64,000 nucleotides of DNA from Acutalibacteraceae bacterium (GCA_045580625.1 JAZNOE010000013.1:66913-130912); one strand, 5' to 3'. Counted from the stretch's first letter, positions 1 to 10,387 are shown. Program-made: numbers and translations. The notes: a model not told the origin generated them from the sequence alone.

Positions 1-489
1 GGTGTTATTTCGGCACCTGTTAACTCTAAAATTATGGCAGATATATTGCCTTATCTCGGTTATGAGCCCAGCTATACCGAAGAAGAAATTAAAAAGCTTG
101 CAATTGACGTACCCGATACAGTTGGTCTTACAGTTGATGAGGCTAAGGCAAAGGTTACAGGTGCGAAGCTTGAATATAAGATTGTCGGCACAGGTTATAA
201 GATTATTCGTCAGTTGCCTGAGGTTGGCAATAAGGTTGCAACGGGCGGCGTTGTGATACTTTATACCGAAGAAACCGATTCGGCAAAGGTTATGGTTCCA
301 AGCTTTACGGGACTTACCGCAACCGAAGCCAATACAAGGGCCGCACAGCTTGGTCTTAATATTGAATTTTCGGGCAATATTGCAATTTCGGGTCTTCGCG
401 CATACAGTCAGAGCATAGCCGCAGGTACTGAAGTGGACGTTGGCACAATAATTACAGTTTATTTCCGGGACGAAACCACAGTGGACTAA
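1..489 (+). CDS. Penicillin-binding protein (FtsI/SpoVD/PBP2B class), C-terminal end only; the 5' part lies upstream of the window
   Basis: Frame 1 is open from base 1 to the stop at 487-489. The translation shows two PASTA-like repeats (VPDTVGLTVDEAKAKV, VPSFTGLTATEANTRAAQLGL). The ORF lies directly upstream of murE, as in dcw clusters. Confidence 0.75.
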   Translation, partial: GVISAPVNSKIMADILPYLGYEPSYTEEEIKKLAIDVPDTVGLTVDEAKAKVTGAKLEYKIVGTGYKIIRQLPEVGNKVATGGVVILYTEETDSAKVMVPSFTGLTATEANTRAAQLGLNIEFSGNIAISGLRAYSQSIAAGTEVDVGTIITVYFRDETTVD

Positions 490-502
490 TTTGGAGGAAA
501 AA

Positions 503-1900
503 ATGAAGCTTGGCACGATAATTGCCTGTGATGAAGCACTTGGGCAGTTAGAGGTTATGGGTATTACCGATAATTCACAAAAGGTAGAAGACGGCTTTGT
601 CTTTGTTGATATCCATAATGATCCGCAATACAGGGCGGATGCCGTAAAAAACGGTGCAATTGCGCTGGTAGTTGAAAATAAAGCGGATTTTAAAAATGAA
701 ATAGTTGTTGAAAATGCCGTTTTGGCCTTTTCGCAAATGTCATCAAAATGGTTTGATGACCCTTCAAAGGATATTAAGCTTATAGGGGTTACGGGTACGA
801 ATGGAAAAACTACCATAACCTACTTAATTAAAGAAATTTTAGAAAAAGCGGGTAAAAAGGTCGGTGTTATCGGCACAATACAAAACGTTATTAACGGTGA
901 AGCTTTACCTACCGTTAACACCACCCCTAATGCCTGGGAGCTTAACCGACTTTTTTCACTTATGCGTGAAAAGGGTTGTGAATACGTTATAATGGAGGTA
1001 TCATCTCACGCGCTTTCAATGGGCAGGGTAGACGGTCTTCATTTCGACACGGCGGTGTTCACAAATTTAACACAAGACCATCTCGATTATCACGCGGATA
1101 TGGAAAGCTATTTTAAAGCAAAGAAAAAACTTTTTTCAATGTGTGATAATGCGGTTATAAACGTCGATAATGAATACGGTAAGCGTTTATATAACGAAGT
1201 TACTTGTAAAAAGTCTTCAATTTCGTTAGAAAACGGTGCAGTTTTTGTTGCAAAATCGGTTAATTTACAGTCGCGTTATGTTGAATATAAAATTCTGACC
1301 GATAAAATTTATCACGTTCGTGTTAACATTCCCGGTAAATTTTCGGTTTACAATTCACTTTGTGCACTTGCAGTGGCTGATTTCTTGAAAATTGATTTCG
1401 AAACGTCAGTCGCGGCACTTAAAGAATTCAAAGGTGTAAAGGGCAGGGCAGAGATAATTGACAATACGGGCGACTTTACTGTTATAATTGATTATGCCCA
1501 CACCCCGGACGGACTTAAAAACGTTTTAAAAACCTTTAAGGACTGCCCGAAAAACCGCTTAATTGTGTTGTTTGGTTGCGGCGGTGACCGTGATAAAACA
1601 AAGCGCCCCATAATGGGTGAAATCGCATCAATTTATGCCGATTACGTAATTGTCACAAGCGATAATCCCCGCACAGAAGATGCAGATACGATAATTTCCG
1701 ATATTTTAAAGGGCGTTTTGCGCACAAAACCCTGCAAAGTTTTTAAAAATAGGGAAGAAGCAATAAAATTTGCTCTTTCAATTGCGCAAAAAGATGATAT
1801 AATAGTACTTGCAGGCAAAGGACACGAAACCTATCAGATAATAGGTGAGAAAAAAATACATTTTGATGAACGCGAGGTCGTAAGACAGGCGTTGTCTTAA
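503..1900 (+). CDS. murE: UDP-N-acetylmuramoyl-L-alanyl-D-glutamate--2,6-diaminopimelate ligase MurE
   Basis: Mur ligase P-loop GVTGTNGKTT and a DNPR motif typical of meso-DAP-adding MurE. I prefer the ATG at 503, 5 nt after GGAGG (493-497), over the TTG at 491 that opens the ORF. Confidence 0.92.
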   Translation: MKLGTIIACDEALGQLEVMGITDNSQKVEDGFVFVDIHNDPQYRADAVKNGAIALVVENKADFKNEIVVENAVLAFSQMSSKWFDDPSKDIKLIGVTGTNGKTTITYLIKEILEKAGKKVGVIGTIQNVINGEALPTVNTTPNAWELNRLFSLMREKGCEYVIMEVSSHALSMGRVDGLHFDTAVFTNLTQDHLDYHADMESYFKAKKKLFSMCDNAVINVDNEYGKRLYNEVTCKKSSISLENGAVFVAKSVNLQSRYVEYKILTDKIYHVRVNIPGKFSVYNSLCALAVADFLKIDFETSVAALKEFKGVKGRAEIIDNTGDFTVIIDYAHTPDGLKNVLKTFKDCPKNRLIVLFGCGGDRDKTKRPIMGEIASIYADYVIVTSDNPRTEDADTIISDILKGVLRTKPCKVFKNREEAIKFALSIAQKDDIIVLAGKGHETYQIIGEKKIHFDEREVVRQALS

Positions 1901-1916
1901 AAGAGGGTTTAAAATT

Positions 1917-2936
1917 ATGGATCTTACTTCTCTTATTGTTGCGGCAATTGCATTTGCTGTGACGGCACTTTCAGGATTTATTGTAATACCTTATTTAAGA
2001 AAGCTTAAATTTGGGCAAACTATTTTGGAAATCGGCCCTAATTGGCATAAGGATAAGCAGGGCACACCCACAATGGGCGGTGTTATGTTTATCGGTGGTG
2101 TTGTAATTGCACTGCTTTTTGGTTTTCTTTATGCGTTGATTTTTGAAAAGCCTTTTTATCTGCAATGTCAGGATAAATTTAAACTTATCGCCCTTATTGC
2201 AGGTGTTTTAATGGCGCTTTGTATGGCGGCTATTGGCTTTTTTGATGATTATATCAAGGTTGTTAAAAAACGCAACCTCGGTCTTACGGCTCGCCAAAAA
2301 ACCTTTATGCAGTTTTTGGTTGCCGCCGCTTATCTTGCGGCTTTAGCGCTTGGCGGTATGAAAACAACCTATATTCCGTTTATAGGTGATGTTAATATCA
2401 CAAGCGGCTTTGGTCTTATTTTCTGGCCAATTGCTTTAATGTTTATTTACGGCTTTACAAATGCCGTAAACTTAACCGATGGTATAGACGGCTTGGCTTC
2501 AAGTGTTACACTTGTTGTTTCTTGCGGTTTTATGATGGCGGCAGGCTTTTTGCAAATTGCAACAGTTAACGTTTTAACCGCCGCCTTGGCAGGTGCGCTT
2601 GTCGGCTTTATCTGTTGGAATGCTCACCCCGCAAAGGTGTTTATGGGTGACACAGGCTCAATGTTCTTAGGCGGTATGGTTGTTGCTTTCTCATTTGGCA
2701 TAGGCCGTCCTATATTACTTATTCTTGCGGGTATAGTTTATCTTATTGAAGCCCTTTCTGATATTATTCAGGTTGTATATTATAAAAAGACTAAAAAGCG
2801 CATCTTCAAAATGGCGCCTATACACCACCATTTTGAAAAATGCGGTTGGTCTGAAGATAAAATTGTTCTTATTTTCTCATTCGTGACCTTAATCGGTTGC
2901 GTTCTCGCGATACTTCCTATTATATTTTCATTATAA
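1917..2936 (+). CDS. mraY: Phospho-N-acetylmuramoyl-pentapeptide transferase MraY
   Basis: Polytopic membrane protein with NAVNLTDGIDGLA and HHHFE motifs, in dcw context. Confidence 0.95.
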   Translation: MDLTSLIVAAIAFAVTALSGFIVIPYLRKLKFGQTILEIGPNWHKDKQGTPTMGGVMFIGGVVIALLFGFLYALIFEKPFYLQCQDKFKLIALIAGVLMALCMAAIGFFDDYIKVVKKRNLGLTARQKTFMQFLVAAAYLAALALGGMKTTYIPFIGDVNITSGFGLIFWPIALMFIYGFTNAVNLTDGIDGLASSVTLVVSCGFMMAAGFLQIATVNVLTAALAGALVGFICWNAHPAKVFMGDTGSMFLGGMVVAFSFGIGRPILLILAGIVYLIEALSDIIQVVYYKKTKKRIFKMAPIHHHFEKCGWSEDKIVLIFSFVTLIGCVLAILPIIFSL

Positions 2937-2956
2937 AATTTTAGAGGTGATATTTC

Positions 2957-4096
2957 ATGCAAAAGTCAAGGAAAAAACAATCGTTTTTTAATACTGACGG
3001 TAAGATGGATATCACCTTTTTATCTTTGGTGCTTATATTGCTTACCATTGGTCTTGTAATGCTTTTTTCTGCAAGCTATGCCTTTTCTTATGAAAATTAC
3101 GGCAACAGCTATCGCTTTATTGCCCGTCAGGCAGTTTTTGCTGTTGCGGGTGTTGCGGTTATGCTTTTTGTATCCACAATTAATTATCATTTTTACCGTA
3201 AATTCGCTTGGATTTTCTACATTGTTATAATTCTTGTGCTTGGCGCTTTGCTCATAATGCCGCCAATGCTGGAAGGTATGGACGTTAAGCGTTGGTTGGT
3301 TATCGGACCTATAAACTTTCAACCGTCCGAAATTGCAAAATTTGCGGTTATATTGCTTTTGTCCTCTTTAATTGCCGCAAATTATAAGCAAATGGACAAA
3401 TTGGGCTTTGTAATTTTTCTTGTAGTGTTAATTGCATTGCCTTGCGGCTTAATTGTTCTTGAACCACACCTTTCTGCAACAATTCTTGTGTTCTGTCTTG
3501 GCATTGTTTTGCTTATCTGTGGCGGTCTTGCAAAAAGATACATCGTCGGCGGTGTCGGCGTTGGTGTTATCGGTGTTGCCGCACTGATTTTTACGGGTGC
3601 TATCGGTTATGCTTACGACCGTTTACAGTATTGGCAAAACCCTTGGCTTGACCCTGCGGGTAAGGGCTTCCAGACAATTCAGTCACTTTTAGCAATTGGC
3701 TCAGGCGGAATTTTGGGCAGAGGCATTGGTCAGTCACGACAAAAGCATCTTTGGGTGCCCGAACCCCATAACGACTTTATTTTTTCGATTGTTTGTGAAG
3801 AATTGGGTCTTATCGGCGCAATGGTTATTATCATACTTTTCTGCTTGCTTGTATGGCGCGGCTTTACAATTGCTATGCGTGCAAATGATAAATTCGGTTC
3901 GTTAATGGCTATTGGTCTTACCTTCCAGGTTGGACTGCAGGCAATGCTTAATATCTGGGTTGTAACTAATACAATGCCCAATACGGGTATAAGTCTTCCG
4001 TTTTTCAGCTATGGCGGTACTTCACTTTTAATTTTGCTTGCCGAAATGGGAATAGTTTTGTCAATTTCTCGAAGTACGAATCTCGAAAAAACTTAA
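2957..4096 (+). CDS. ftsW: SEDS-family peptidoglycan glycosyltransferase FtsW/SpoVE
   Basis: Ten-TM-like profile with the SEDS signatures PSEIAKF and NTGISLPFFSYGGTS. RBS AGAGGTG lies upstream. Confidence 0.9.
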   Translation: MQKSRKKQSFFNTDGKMDITFLSLVLILLTIGLVMLFSASYAFSYENYGNSYRFIARQAVFAVAGVAVMLFVSTINYHFYRKFAWIFYIVIILVLGALLIMPPMLEGMDVKRWLVIGPINFQPSEIAKFAVILLLSSLIAANYKQMDKLGFVIFLVVLIALPCGLIVLEPHLSATILVFCLGIVLLICGGLAKRYIVGGVGVGVIGVAALIFTGAIGYAYDRLQYWQNPWLDPAGKGFQTIQSLLAIGSGGILGRGIGQSRQKHLWVPEPHNDFIFSIVCEELGLIGAMVIIILFCLLVWRGFTIAMRANDKFGSLMAIGLTFQVGLQAMLNIWVVTNTMPNTGISLPFFSYGGTSLLILLAEMGIVLSISRSTNLEKT

Positions 4097-4108
4097 AGGG
4101 GAATTATT

Positions 4109-5221
4109 ATGAAAGTTTTATTTGCAGGCGGCGGTACTGCAGGACATATTAATCCTGCATTGGCTGTGGCCGATTATATTAAGTCAAAGCATCCCGATGC
4201 TGAAATACATTATATCGGCACACCCGATAAGCTTGAAGCAAAGCTTGTCCCCGAAAAGGGCTATGCCTTTTATCCCGTTAAGGTTGCAGGCTTTTCTCGT
4301 AGACTTAACCTTAAGGGTATTGCTCATAATATTAATGCCGCAAAGCTTGCGGTTACTTCATCTGCAAAGGCCAAAAAGCTTTTGAAGGAAATTAAACCCG
4401 ATCTTGTTGTCGGTACGGGCGGTTACGTAAGCGGTCCCGTGCTTCGTGCGGCGCAGCAGCTTAAAATTAAAACGGCAATTCACGAACAAAATGCTTTTCC
4501 GGGTGTTACAACCAAAATGTTGGCACCTAAGGCTGACCGCGTAATGCTTGCAATGCCCGAAGCCGAAAAGTATTTAAAGCTTGATAAAAAGCCAATTGTT
4601 ACCGGCAATCCCATCAGACGCGAGCTTCTTGCAATGGATAAAGAAACTGCGCGCAAAATTTTAAAGCTGGACAACCGTCCCTTGATTTTATCCTTCGGTG
4701 GCTCGCTTGGTGCAAAGCATCTTAATGAAGCGGTCAGCGAGCTTATAAAGTGGCACAACCCCACAGAGAATTATTATCATATCCACGCAACAGGTAAGGT
4801 CGGTTATGATGATATGCTTAAAAGCCTTGAAGGCATTGAACTTCACGACGGCATTGAAATCCGCGAATATATAACCGATATGGACGTTTGCATGGCGGCG
4901 GCCGATTTGGTTATAAGCAGGGCAGGGGCAATTACTCTTGGTGAATTGGGTGCTTGCGGTAAAGCCGCTGTGCTAATTCCGTCACCGTTTGTTGCCGAAA
5001 ATCATCAGTATCATAACGGTATGACCCTTAAAAACGCGGGTGCGGCCGAGCTTATCGAAGAAAAAGATTTGACCAAAGAAAAAATAATTGAAACGGTTAA
5101 AGAGCTTATAGACAATAAAGAGAAAATTGCTTTAATGGAAAAAGCGGCGCGTGAAAATGCAATTATTGATGCTAATGAAAGAATTTATGCCGTTTTGATG
5201 GAGCTTTATTCAAATTCGTGA
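4109..5221 (+). CDS. murG: UDP-N-acetylglucosamine--N-acetylmuramyl-(pentapeptide) pyrophosphoryl-undecaprenol GlcNAc transferase MurG
   Basis: N-terminal GGGTAGHINPALA motif, GT28 architecture, dcw context. Confidence 0.93.
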   Translation: MKVLFAGGGTAGHINPALAVADYIKSKHPDAEIHYIGTPDKLEAKLVPEKGYAFYPVKVAGFSRRLNLKGIAHNINAAKLAVTSSAKAKKLLKEIKPDLVVGTGGYVSGPVLRAAQQLKIKTAIHEQNAFPGVTTKMLAPKADRVMLAMPEAEKYLKLDKKPIVTGNPIRRELLAMDKETARKILKLDNRPLILSFGGSLGAKHLNEAVSELIKWHNPTENYYHIHATGKVGYDDMLKSLEGIELHDGIEIREYITDMDVCMAAADLVISRAGAITLGELGACGKAAVLIPSPFVAENHQYHNGMTLKNAGAAELIEEKDLTKEKIIETVKELIDNKEKIALMEKAARENAIIDANERIYAVLMELYSNS

Positions 5222-5284
5222 CCGAATCTGCATTTCGGCATAGTATGAGTTGTAAAACAATTTATACTTGCGGGGTGCATAAAA

Positions 5285-6541
5285 TTGGCAGAAATTGTTG
5301 TAGGCGGTAACAGACAGCTGTCGGGTGAAATTGCGGTACAGGGTGCTAAAAACAGTGTTTTGCCCGTGCTTGCAGGCGCTGTGCTATGTGATGGCGAATG
5401 TGTAATACATAATTGTCCCGATTTGTCTGACGTTCAAACATCAATTAAAATATTAGAAAATTTCGGTGCAAGGGTAAGCTTTTGCGATAAAACAATAACG
5501 GTTGACTGTCGCAGTATTGATAACTTTGAAATACCCGAAAGCCTTATGCGTGAAATGCGGTCATCTGTTGTGTTCTTGGGCGGTATTTTAGGCCGCACCA
5601 AGCGTGCGGTGATTTCAAGCCCGGGCGGATGCGAATTAGGACCCAGACCAATTGATCTTCATTTATCGGCACTTAAAAAGCTGGGTGCTGAAATTAATGA
5701 AGAACACGGTTTTTTAAATTGTAATGCCGAAAAAGGACTTTTTGGTGCTGAAATTCATTTAACCTTCCCAAGTGTGGGGGCAACCGAAAATATTATTCTT
5801 ACTGCCGCCACCGCTAAGGGTGTAACGGTTATTCATAATGCCGCGCGCGAGCCCGAAATAAGTGACCTTGCCGATTTTTTAAACAGTGCGGGGGCGCGGA
5901 TATACGGCAGTGGCTCTGACACGGTGTATATTCACGGTGTTGATAAGCTTCACGGCACAACACATACAATAATTCCCGACAGAATTGTCGCGGCGACCTA
6001 TATGTCTGCGGCGGCAATTACGGGCAGTAAGCTTTCTCTTACACACATAATGCCGTCAAATATGGTGTCAATTCTTCACACTTTTCGTGAAAGCGGTTGT
6101 GATATTTCGGTAAAAGGAAAATCACTTGTTATCACATCACCGAAACGGCTTTACCGTGTGCCGACTATAAGAAGTTTGGTTTATCCCGGTTTTCCGACCG
6201 ATGCAGGCCCGCTTTTAATTGCAATGCTTACAAGGGCGAAAGGAACAACGGTTTTTGTTGAAAACATTTTTGAAAACCGTTTTCGTTATATAAACGAGCT
6301 TAACCGTCTTGGTGCTAATATTAAAATCGAAGGAAAGGTTGCCGTTATTGAAGGTGTCAATGATTTATCGGCGGCAAGATGTGTTTGTCCCGACCTTCGC
6401 GGCGGCGCGGCACTTGTGGTTGCGGCATTGGCGGCAAACGGCCAAAGCGAAATTACAAATATTTCACACATTCAGCGCGGTTATGATGATATAACCGGTG
6501 TTTTGGCATCAGTCGGTGCCGATATTAAGATTAAGGAATGA
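5285..6541 (+). CDS. murA: UDP-N-acetylglucosamine 1-carboxyvinyltransferase MurA
   Basis: EPSP-synthase-fold sequence with the active-site loop SPGGCELGPRPIDLH (catalytic Cys present). TTG start. Confidence 0.92.
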   Translation: MAEIVVGGNRQLSGEIAVQGAKNSVLPVLAGAVLCDGECVIHNCPDLSDVQTSIKILENFGARVSFCDKTITVDCRSIDNFEIPESLMREMRSSVVFLGGILGRTKRAVISSPGGCELGPRPIDLHLSALKKLGAEINEEHGFLNCNAEKGLFGAEIHLTFPSVGATENIILTAATAKGVTVIHNAAREPEISDLADFLNSAGARIYGSGSDTVYIHGVDKLHGTTHTIIPDRIVAATYMSAAAITGSKLSLTHIMPSNMVSILHTFRESGCDISVKGKSLVITSPKRLYRVPTIRSLVYPGFPTDAGPLLIAMLTRAKGTTVFVENIFENRFRYINELNRLGANIKIEGKVAVIEGVNDLSAARCVCPDLRGGAALVVAALAANGQSEITNISHIQRGYDDITGVLASVGADIKIKE

Positions 6542-6545
6542 TTTT

Positions 6546-7337
6546 TTGAAAAACCAACCCATTCGTGATGAGTTTCTCGAAAAGCGTAAAGCAAGACAAA
6601 AAAAGGCGCGTAAACGCCGCCTTATTATAAGCTTTATTCTTTTAATAAATGCCTTGGTTATAACTGCGGTAATACTTTGCCTCACAGTGTTTTTTCCGAT
6701 AACGCGAATAAATGCGACGGGCAGTAAAATTTACACAAGCGAAGAAATTATTGCAAACAGCGGCATAAAGTCGGGGGATAATATTTTCACCTTCGGTCAA
6801 GGGCGCGCCACCGATTTGTTACGTGCGAAGCTTCCTTTTATTGAAAAGGTTGAATTTAATCGCGATTTGCCCGATACGCTTAATATTAAGGTATATGATG
6901 CTAAAGCATATTATTGTGTTGCGCAAAACGGGGCATACTATAACGTAAGTAAGGCTGGCTGGGTGCTTGAAAAGGTAAATGAAAGGTCTGAAAACGTTTT
7001 TGAAATTATGCTGCCCGACGTTGAGTGCAGTGTTGGCAGTGCGATAGTTTTCAAAAATGATAAATCGAAAAAAATGCTTGATGATTTAATTGAGCTTCTT
7101 GAAGAAAATGAACTTAACGTTGATTATGTTGACGTTACTAATACAATAACCCTAAAAGCAGGTGTTGAAGGAAGATTTAACGTCAATTTTGGTACGGAAA
7201 ATTCTTTGGAAAATAAAGTCAGACAGCTTAAGGTTATGATAGAAAATATTGCGGATAATGAGTCAGGAGACATAAATTTGTCTATGTGGAATCAACAAAA
7301 ACCCGAGGGAACTTTTGTGAAAAATCATACAAAATAA
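6546..7337 (+). CDS. ftsQ: Cell division protein FtsQ/DivIB (POTRA domain)
   Basis: Basic N-terminus, a single TM segment and a POTRA-like extracellular region, located between murA and ftsZ. I prefer the TTG at 6546, 8 nt after AAGGA, over the ORF start at 6498, which overlaps murA by 44 nt. Confidence 0.7.
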   Translation: MKNQPIRDEFLEKRKARQKKARKRRLIISFILLINALVITAVILCLTVFFPITRINATGSKIYTSEEIIANSGIKSGDNIFTFGQGRATDLLRAKLPFIEKVEFNRDLPDTLNIKVYDAKAYYCVAQNGAYYNVSKAGWVLEKVNERSENVFEIMLPDVECSVGSAIVFKNDKSKKMLDDLIELLEENELNVDYVDVTNTITLKAGVEGRFNVNFGTENSLENKVRQLKVMIENIADNESGDINLSMWNQQKPEGTFVKNHTK

Positions 7338-7365
7338 AAAAATAACAAAATTGTAATAAAAAGTG

Positions 7366-7394
7366 TTGAAATTTGCAAAATGTTATGTTATATT
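7366..7394 (+). promoter_or_regulatory. Candidate sigma-A promoter of ftsZ
   Basis: TTGAAA (7366-7371), 17-nt spacer, TATATT (7389-7394). Confidence 0.35.
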
Positions 7395-7455
7395 TATATA
7401 TGTCTAAATAAAAAGTCTATTTATGCTTATTTTACATACACGGAGGAATTGAAAA

Positions 7456-8511
7456 ATGCCATTTGAATTCGCAGATGATCAAAACGTAGTACAGATTAAA
7501 GTTGTCGGTGTAGGCGGCGGCGGCGGAAACGCTGTTAACCGCATGGTTGATGCCGGCGTTAAGGGTGTTGAATTTGTTGCTATCAACACCGATAAAGCTG
7601 CTTTGGTTAAATCTAAGGCAGACGTTAAATTACAGATTGGTGACAAAACAACTGCAGGTATGGGCGCAGGCGGTAACCCCAACAACGGCCATGCAGCAGC
7701 TGAAGAATCACGTGATGAAATCGCAGCTGTTATTCGCGAAGCTGATATGATCTTTATTACCGCAGGTATGGGTGGCGGTACCGGTACAGGTGCAGCTCCC
7801 GTTGTTGCTTCCATCGCTAAGGAGCTTGGTATCCTTACTGTTGGTATCGTAACAAAGCCCTTCGCTTTTGAAGGCAAAAAGCGTATGACTCAGGCTGAAT
7901 CCGGCATTGCTGCTTTACGCGAATATGTTGACAGCCTTATTGTTATTCCTAACGAGCGTCTTAAGTTTGTTTCTGCTGAAAAGATTACATTCAAGAACGC
8001 ATTTGACATTGCTGACGATGTTCTTCGTCAGGGTGTTCAGAGCATTTCTGAGCTTATCAACGTTACCGCACTTGTTAACCTTGACTTTGCTGACGTTAAG
8101 TCAATTATGGCTGATGCAGGCTATGCACATATGGGTGTTGGCGTTGCTACCGGTCGTGATAAGGCTGAACAGGCTGCTCGCGCTGCTATTTCAAGTCCCC
8201 TTATCGAAACCTCAATGGAAAATGCACGCGGTGTTATCATCAGCATCACAGGTTCTGTTGATATTGGCCTTGAAGAAGTTGAACTTGCTTCAACCATCAT
8301 TTCTGAAATGGCTCATCCTGATGCAACCATCATTTGGGGTGCTCAGCTTGATGAAAGCATTGAAGACACCATCCGTGTAACTGTTGTAGCTACCGGTCTT
8401 GGTGATGAAAAGAAGGAAGACAAAGGCGGCGATCTTCTCTCATCTTTTATGAACAACAATAAAGATGATGATGAAACCTATGACGACGTTATGAGCTTCT
8501 TCCAGAACTAA
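7456..8511 (+). CDS. ftsZ: Cell division GTPase FtsZ
   Basis: [13 protein letters not shown] and the tubulin signature [13 protein letters not shown], with an acidic C-terminal tail. Confidence 0.97.
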   Translation: MPFEFADDQNVVQIKVVGVGGGGGNAVNRMVDAGVKGVEFVAINTDKAALVKSKADVKLQIGDKTTAGMGAGGNPNNGHAAAEESRDEIAAVIREADMIFITAGMGGGTGTGAAPVVASIAKELGILTVGIVTKPFAFEGKKRMTQAESGIAALREYVDSLIVIPNERLKFVSAEKITFKNAFDIADDVLRQGVQSISELINVTALVNLDFADVKSIMADAGYAHMGVGVATGRDKAEQAARAAISSPLIETSMENARGVIISITGSVDIGLEEVELASTIISEMAHPDATIIWGAQLDESIEDTIRVTVVATGLGDEKKEDKGGDLLSSFMNNNKDDDETYDDVMSFFQN

Positions 8512-8544
8512 TTTTTAAGTTTTAATATTTTAAACCTATGATTA

Positions 8545-8810
8545 AGAGTAAGTAACTTTTCTTCAGGTTATCAGAGAACGGCTGATGGTGGAAATGCCGC
8601 AACATTGAAGTTAAGTGAATGGACTTATGAGGGCGACCGAAAGCACGTAAGTGTTAGTAGCAGTCGACGGGATTTGCGCCCGTTACCAAGGCAAGTTGCA
8701 TTTTTGTGCAATGCAGAGCGGTCGATTTATTTCGGCAACTCGGGTGGTACCGCAGGATTTTATAATAAAAGTCTTGTCCCGAATGGGGCAAGACTTTTTG
8801 TTTGTTTTTT
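8545..8810 (+). promoter_or_regulatory. T-box leader, tryptophan-specific (specifier UGG), with intrinsic terminator
   Basis: Stem I AGAGA and GGTGGAAA elements at 8572-8595. UGG followed by A lies at 8620-8623 in the specifier-loop context. The T-box sequence CGGGTGGTACCGC is at 8741-8753. The terminator is a 10-bp stem (8771-8794) followed by a T-run to 8810. Confidence 0.85.
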
Positions 8811-8900
8811 GAAAGGTACTGATAATTATGTTTTTACTTACAAAACGATGGTGTAATTACTAACACACAAACTATTAATATATAAAAAGAGGTTTTAGTA

Positions 8901-10118
8901 ATGGAATTTAACAATATAAATTTTGACACTTATTTTAAGAATTATCCCGATGAAAACGGCTATTTCGGTCGTTACGGTGGATGCTATATCGAACCAAAGC
9001 TTAAGGATGCTATGGAAGAAATTACTCAGGCTTATTTTTCAATTTGCCAGTCGCGCAAGTTCATTAACGAGCTACGCCGCGTTAGAAAAGAATTTCAGGG
9101 CAGACCCACACCCGTCACACATCTTGAAAGATTAAGTAATTCATTAGGTAACGTTCAGCTTTATGCTAAGCGTGAAGACTTAAATCACACAGGCGCACAC
9201 AAGCTTAACCACTGTATGGGTGAAGCCCTTCTTGCTAAATATATGGGCAAGAAAAAAATTATTGCCGAAACCGGCGCAGGTCAGCACGGTGTTGCATTGG
9301 CAACTGCTGCGGCTTATTTTGGTCTTGAATGTGATATTTATATGGGCTCGGTTGACATTAAAAAGCAGGCTCCAAACGTTGCCAGAATGAAGATTTTGGG
9401 CGCTAACGTTGTTGAGGTTACTCACGGTCTTGCAACCCTTAAGGAAGCCGTTGATGCCGCTTTCGAGGCTTACAGCAAGGAATATAAGGACTGCATTTAT
9501 TGCATCGGTTCTGTTTTGGGACCGCATCCTTTCCCGATGATGGTTCGCGACTTCCAGCAGGTTGTTGGCATTGAGGCGAGAGAACAGTTTTTAGATATGA
9601 CCGGTCATTTGCCTGATATCATCACCGCTTGTGTTGGCGGTGGCTCAAATGCTGCTGGCTTTTTCTCAGGCTTTTTAAATGACCCTGTTGAAATATACGG
9701 GGTTGAACCCTTGGGCAAGGGCGCAAAGCTTGGCGACCATGCCGCAAGTCTTCAGTACGGTGAAGAGGGCATTATGCACGGCTTTAACAGTATAATGCTT
9801 AAGGATGAAAACGGTGAACCCGCACCTGTTTATTCAGTCGCTTCGGGTCTTGACTATCCGTCGTCCGGCCCCGAACACGCATTTTTGCGTGATTTGGGTC
9901 GTGTTAAATACGATGTTGTTGATGATGAAGAAGCAATTGATGCCTTCTTTAAGCTTTCCCGTTTAGAGGGTATTATCCCTGCAATTGAAAGCTCACACGC
10001 AGTTGCACACGCAATTCGTTTGGCGAAAGAAATGAAGCACGGCTCAATTTTAATTAATCTTTCGGGCCGTGGTGATAAGGATATGGATTATATTCTTGAA
10101 AATTACGGTATAAGATAA
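8901..10118 (+). CDS. trpB: Tryptophan synthase beta chain (TrpB1-type, PLP-dependent)
   Basis: Collinear with canonical TrpB: FGRYGG, the PLP-lysine motif [32 protein letters not shown]. No trpA or other trp genes are adjacent. Confidence 0.9.
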   Translation: MEFNNINFDTYFKNYPDENGYFGRYGGCYIEPKLKDAMEEITQAYFSICQSRKFINELRRVRKEFQGRPTPVTHLERLSNSLGNVQLYAKREDLNHTGAHKLNHCMGEALLAKYMGKKKIIAETGAGQHGVALATAAAYFGLECDIYMGSVDIKKQAPNVARMKILGANVVEVTHGLATLKEAVDAAFEAYSKEYKDCIYCIGSVLGPHPFPMMVRDFQQVVGIEAREQFLDMTGHLPDIITACVGGGSNAAGFFSGFLNDPVEIYGVEPLGKGAKLGDHAASLQYGEEGIMHGFNSIMLKDENGEPAPVYSVASGLDYPSSGPEHAFLRDLGRVKYDVVDDEEAIDAFFKLSRLEGIIPAIESSHAVAHAIRLAKEMKHGSILINLSGRGDKDMDYILENYGIR

Positions 10119-10124
10119 TTTTAA

Positions 10125-10152
10125 AGCCCCAACGAGAGTTGGGGCTGTTTTC
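10125..10152 (+). terminator. Intrinsic terminator of trpB
   Basis: AGCCCCAAC-GAGA-GTTGGGGCT hairpin followed by GTTTTCG. Confidence 0.65.
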
Positions 10153-10162
10153 GTTATACAAC

Positions 10163-10191
10163 AAAAAAGACCATCTATTGATGGTCTTTTT
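10163..10191. terminator. Bidirectional intrinsic terminator (trpB side and tRNA-Thr side)
   Basis: AGACCATC-TATT-GATGGTCT hairpin flanked by an A-run and a T-run. Confidence 0.7.
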
Positions 10192-10267
<76 letters not shown>

Positions 10268-10286
10268 AAATATTTACGACTTTGTT

Positions 10287-10315
10287 ATTATACATAATAT
10301 TCTTTATAAAGTCAA
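10287..10315 (-). promoter_or_regulatory. Candidate sigma-A promoter of tRNA-Thr
   Basis: On the minus strand, TTGACT (10315-10310), 17-nt spacer, TATAAT (10292-10287), about 20 nt upstream of the tRNA 5' end. Confidence 0.5.
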
Positions 10316-10358
10316 GCATAAATTTGAAAAAATATTTTTAAAAAAATAAAAATAACAC

Positions 10359-10387
10359 TTGATTTTTTTGTTTTAATGTGCTATTAT
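10359..10387 (+). promoter_or_regulatory. Candidate sigma-A promoter of tRNA-Arg (extended -10)
   Basis: TTGATT (10359-10364), 17-nt spacer, TGcTATTAT (10379-10387). Confidence 0.5.

Noticed and set aside
503-1900. Possibility that the missing murF is fused to murE
   Set aside because: MurE is 465 aa, a normal single-ligase length with one P-loop and one DNPR motif. There is no second Mur ligase domain.
7479-7877. 132-aa Pro/Ala/Thr-rich ORF on the minus strand, plus several + strand out-of-frame ORFs within ftsZ
   Set aside because: They mirror the Gly/Ala/Val-rich codons of ftsZ. The ftsZ frame carries the tubulin signature, and the alternative frames carry nothing.
8605-8856. 83-aa ORF between ftsZ and trpB
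   Set aside because: It spans the T-box leader, including the GGTGGTACCGC box and the terminator, and has no RBS. The region is explained as a regulatory RNA.
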